Assembly: GCF_036971445.1 (NCBI RefSeq)
Contig: NC_091472.1
Coordinates: 240,002,001 to 240,066,000, forward strand
DNA length: 64,000 nucleotides
Direction of reading: 5' to 3'
Origin: Narcine bancroftii
Lineage: Eukaryota
The position numbers and the translations under genes are program-made. Numbering within the stretch: the stretch's first letter is position 1; each line of letters opens with the position of its first letter. This document shows, in pieces, positions 62,301 to 64,000 of this stretch. The notes below the pieces were generated by a model. That model was not told the DNA's origin. It did not search any database and was given only the letters and a program-made list of their open reading frames with translations.

Positions 62301-63569
62301 CAAGGACTGGCATTCAGGAAGCAGTATGTTGGTAACTGGGAGCAAGAGGTTGAGGACCTCTTTTTCCAGGCAACAGCGAGGCCTTTCTGGAGCTGTACAA
62401 TCAGAACTCCTGAAGATAGTCACAATTACAATGACACATGCAGCTCCACCTAGTCACATGACTGACACAAAAGAAATAAGGAAGCCTGCCTTAATGGAAT
62501 TCTTCTAAAAGAACTCCTAGAGCATGGTCTTGTTTAACCAACATCCTTCATCAGAAAAGTAAAGTGAACTCCTCATGGTGACCCCAGCCTGTTGTCCAAG
62601 AGACAGACTGCTTGAGCCATTGGACTGACTGAAGACTGACCACGGTTTAATCTGCTCTGTTATACCTGCCATCAGAGTGACAACAGATATATTGCTTTAG
62701 GAATGTTTGTCAGAGACAACTCTCCTCAGATGGAAGCTCAGAACCTGGAAACTTCTAACCTACAGGAGCCACAGACTGCCCAAACATTGTTTGGACCAGT
62801 CTAAAGTTCACCTTGATTAGAGCTGTAAAGAAGCTCCATACTTCTCTACTAGAAAGAACCAGGGCTATTACGATGAGAAGGGCCAGAAAACTCAGGAACG
62901 AATTAAATGAAAAAACAAGACATGCTTGGGTTAGAAACTCTGCCACACTTCAATAAGAAAGAAGCAGCTCAGCAGGCAGCTGAAGGAAGTCCAACAGAAC
63001 ACCCCTGGCACAAAGAACAGGTGGGAGAGGGAGGGAGGGCAGGAGCCTGAACAACTTGCTAATGATCATCCACACCCCAACCTCAGCTGTAAACACCCCA
63101 GACATCTTGCCAAGAGACTAGAGAGGACAAGAGCTGAAGAAGCCAAGTTAAAGCAGCCACACCACCTTCAAGGACCTTGAGCTGATGACCTGGTCACACC
63201 GCACTGACCAACTTGGAGTCAAGAAACAATATACCCTCAGGTCAAACTAAATCCCTGTCGAAGCTCCAAAGCTTAGTGAGGTGGAACTATAGATCCAAAT
63301 TACCCTCTTCATTTCCCCGCTAGATGGAGTGCCAACCATTCGTTTGCAAGTCAAGGTAAAAATAATCTCTTCCCTTTCTTCCAATTACGTTGCTTGTTTT
63401 ATTCTTTTACTGCTTCCAGCAAGATTCAGAGCTGTCATGCAATACACAAAAGTGCTGGAGAAACTGAGAAGACAAACAGCAAGGGTCTCACATTCCTTTT
63501 CATGCGCCTCATTAGTGTGTCAGGGTCCCGGATGATGGGGGGGGGGTCTTTAACCTGAGGGACAGAACT

Positions 63570-63820
63570 CAGTGGCACAAACAGTTAGCGAAGTGGTAAA
63601 TGCTACTCTATTACAGTGCCAGCGACCTGGGGTTGAATCCTGTACTGTCTGTAAGGAGTTTATAAGTTCTTCATGTGACTTGCGTGGGTTTTCTCAGGTG
63701 CCCTGGTTTCCTCCCACCTTCTAAAATGTTCAGGGTTGTTAGGTTAATTGCGTGTAAATGCGTGGCACAGGTTTCAATGGCTGGAAGGGCCTTCTACTGT
63801 GTTGTGTCCTAAAAATTAAT
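63570..63820 (+). mobile_element. tRNA-derived SINE
   Basis: acagtgccagcgacctggggttgaatcc..ctgtaaggagttt..ggtttcctcccac. Confidence 0.6.
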
Positions 63821-64000
63821 TATGAGCAGAGTATAACTTCAGCTCTACAGTGGAAGGATATGTTGGTGTAAAATTAAATCCATCTTTCAGTACCTTCAAT
63901 GTTTTCACAACATTGTTGACCAAACTCATGAAGCAGGCTAGTCAGATGGATCTAATTCTCTAGGGGACTTCCATTGTGCAAGGCCATGGCATGTACGAAT

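Noticed and set aside
60500-63300. Moderately GC-balanced region with short ORFs
   Set aside because: No recognisable protein motif; looks like old retroelement debris but I could not assign a family.

Overview
Eukaryotic, AT-rich, repeat-dense vertebrate DNA. It is most likely from a cartilaginous fish (inferred from the shark-type gamma-crystallin sequences and the CR1/Penelope/tRNA-SINE repeat content). The window holds a lens gamma-crystallin gene cluster of four apparently intact 3-exon genes, each with 9+243+276 coding nt and 175 aa. Two are on the - strand (9165-10959, 16186-18381) and two on the + strand (31684-33637, 45715-54264). An orphan pseudogenic exon 3 is split by a solo LTR (21847-22879). 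Genes 1-3 resemble shark gamma-S1-type crystallins and show patchy near-identity typical of gene conversion; gene 4 is a divergent gamma-S-like copy with a degraded Gypsy element in intron 2. Points of interest: GC-AG first introns in genes 1 and 2; a fixed-spacing TGCTGA / CATT-N6-ACAAA / TATA promoter module in all four genes; a solo LTR with a perfect 193-bp inverted self-copy; an L1 with an internal deletion-inversion but intact ends; a composite double hAT MITE present twice; a Chapaev-type transposase relic; and an ABAB 91-bp tandem array. The rest is mostly decayed LINE/SINE fragments plus a 170-nt assembly gap. I did not find a convincing wholly new protein-coding system. All calls were made by eye without database searches.
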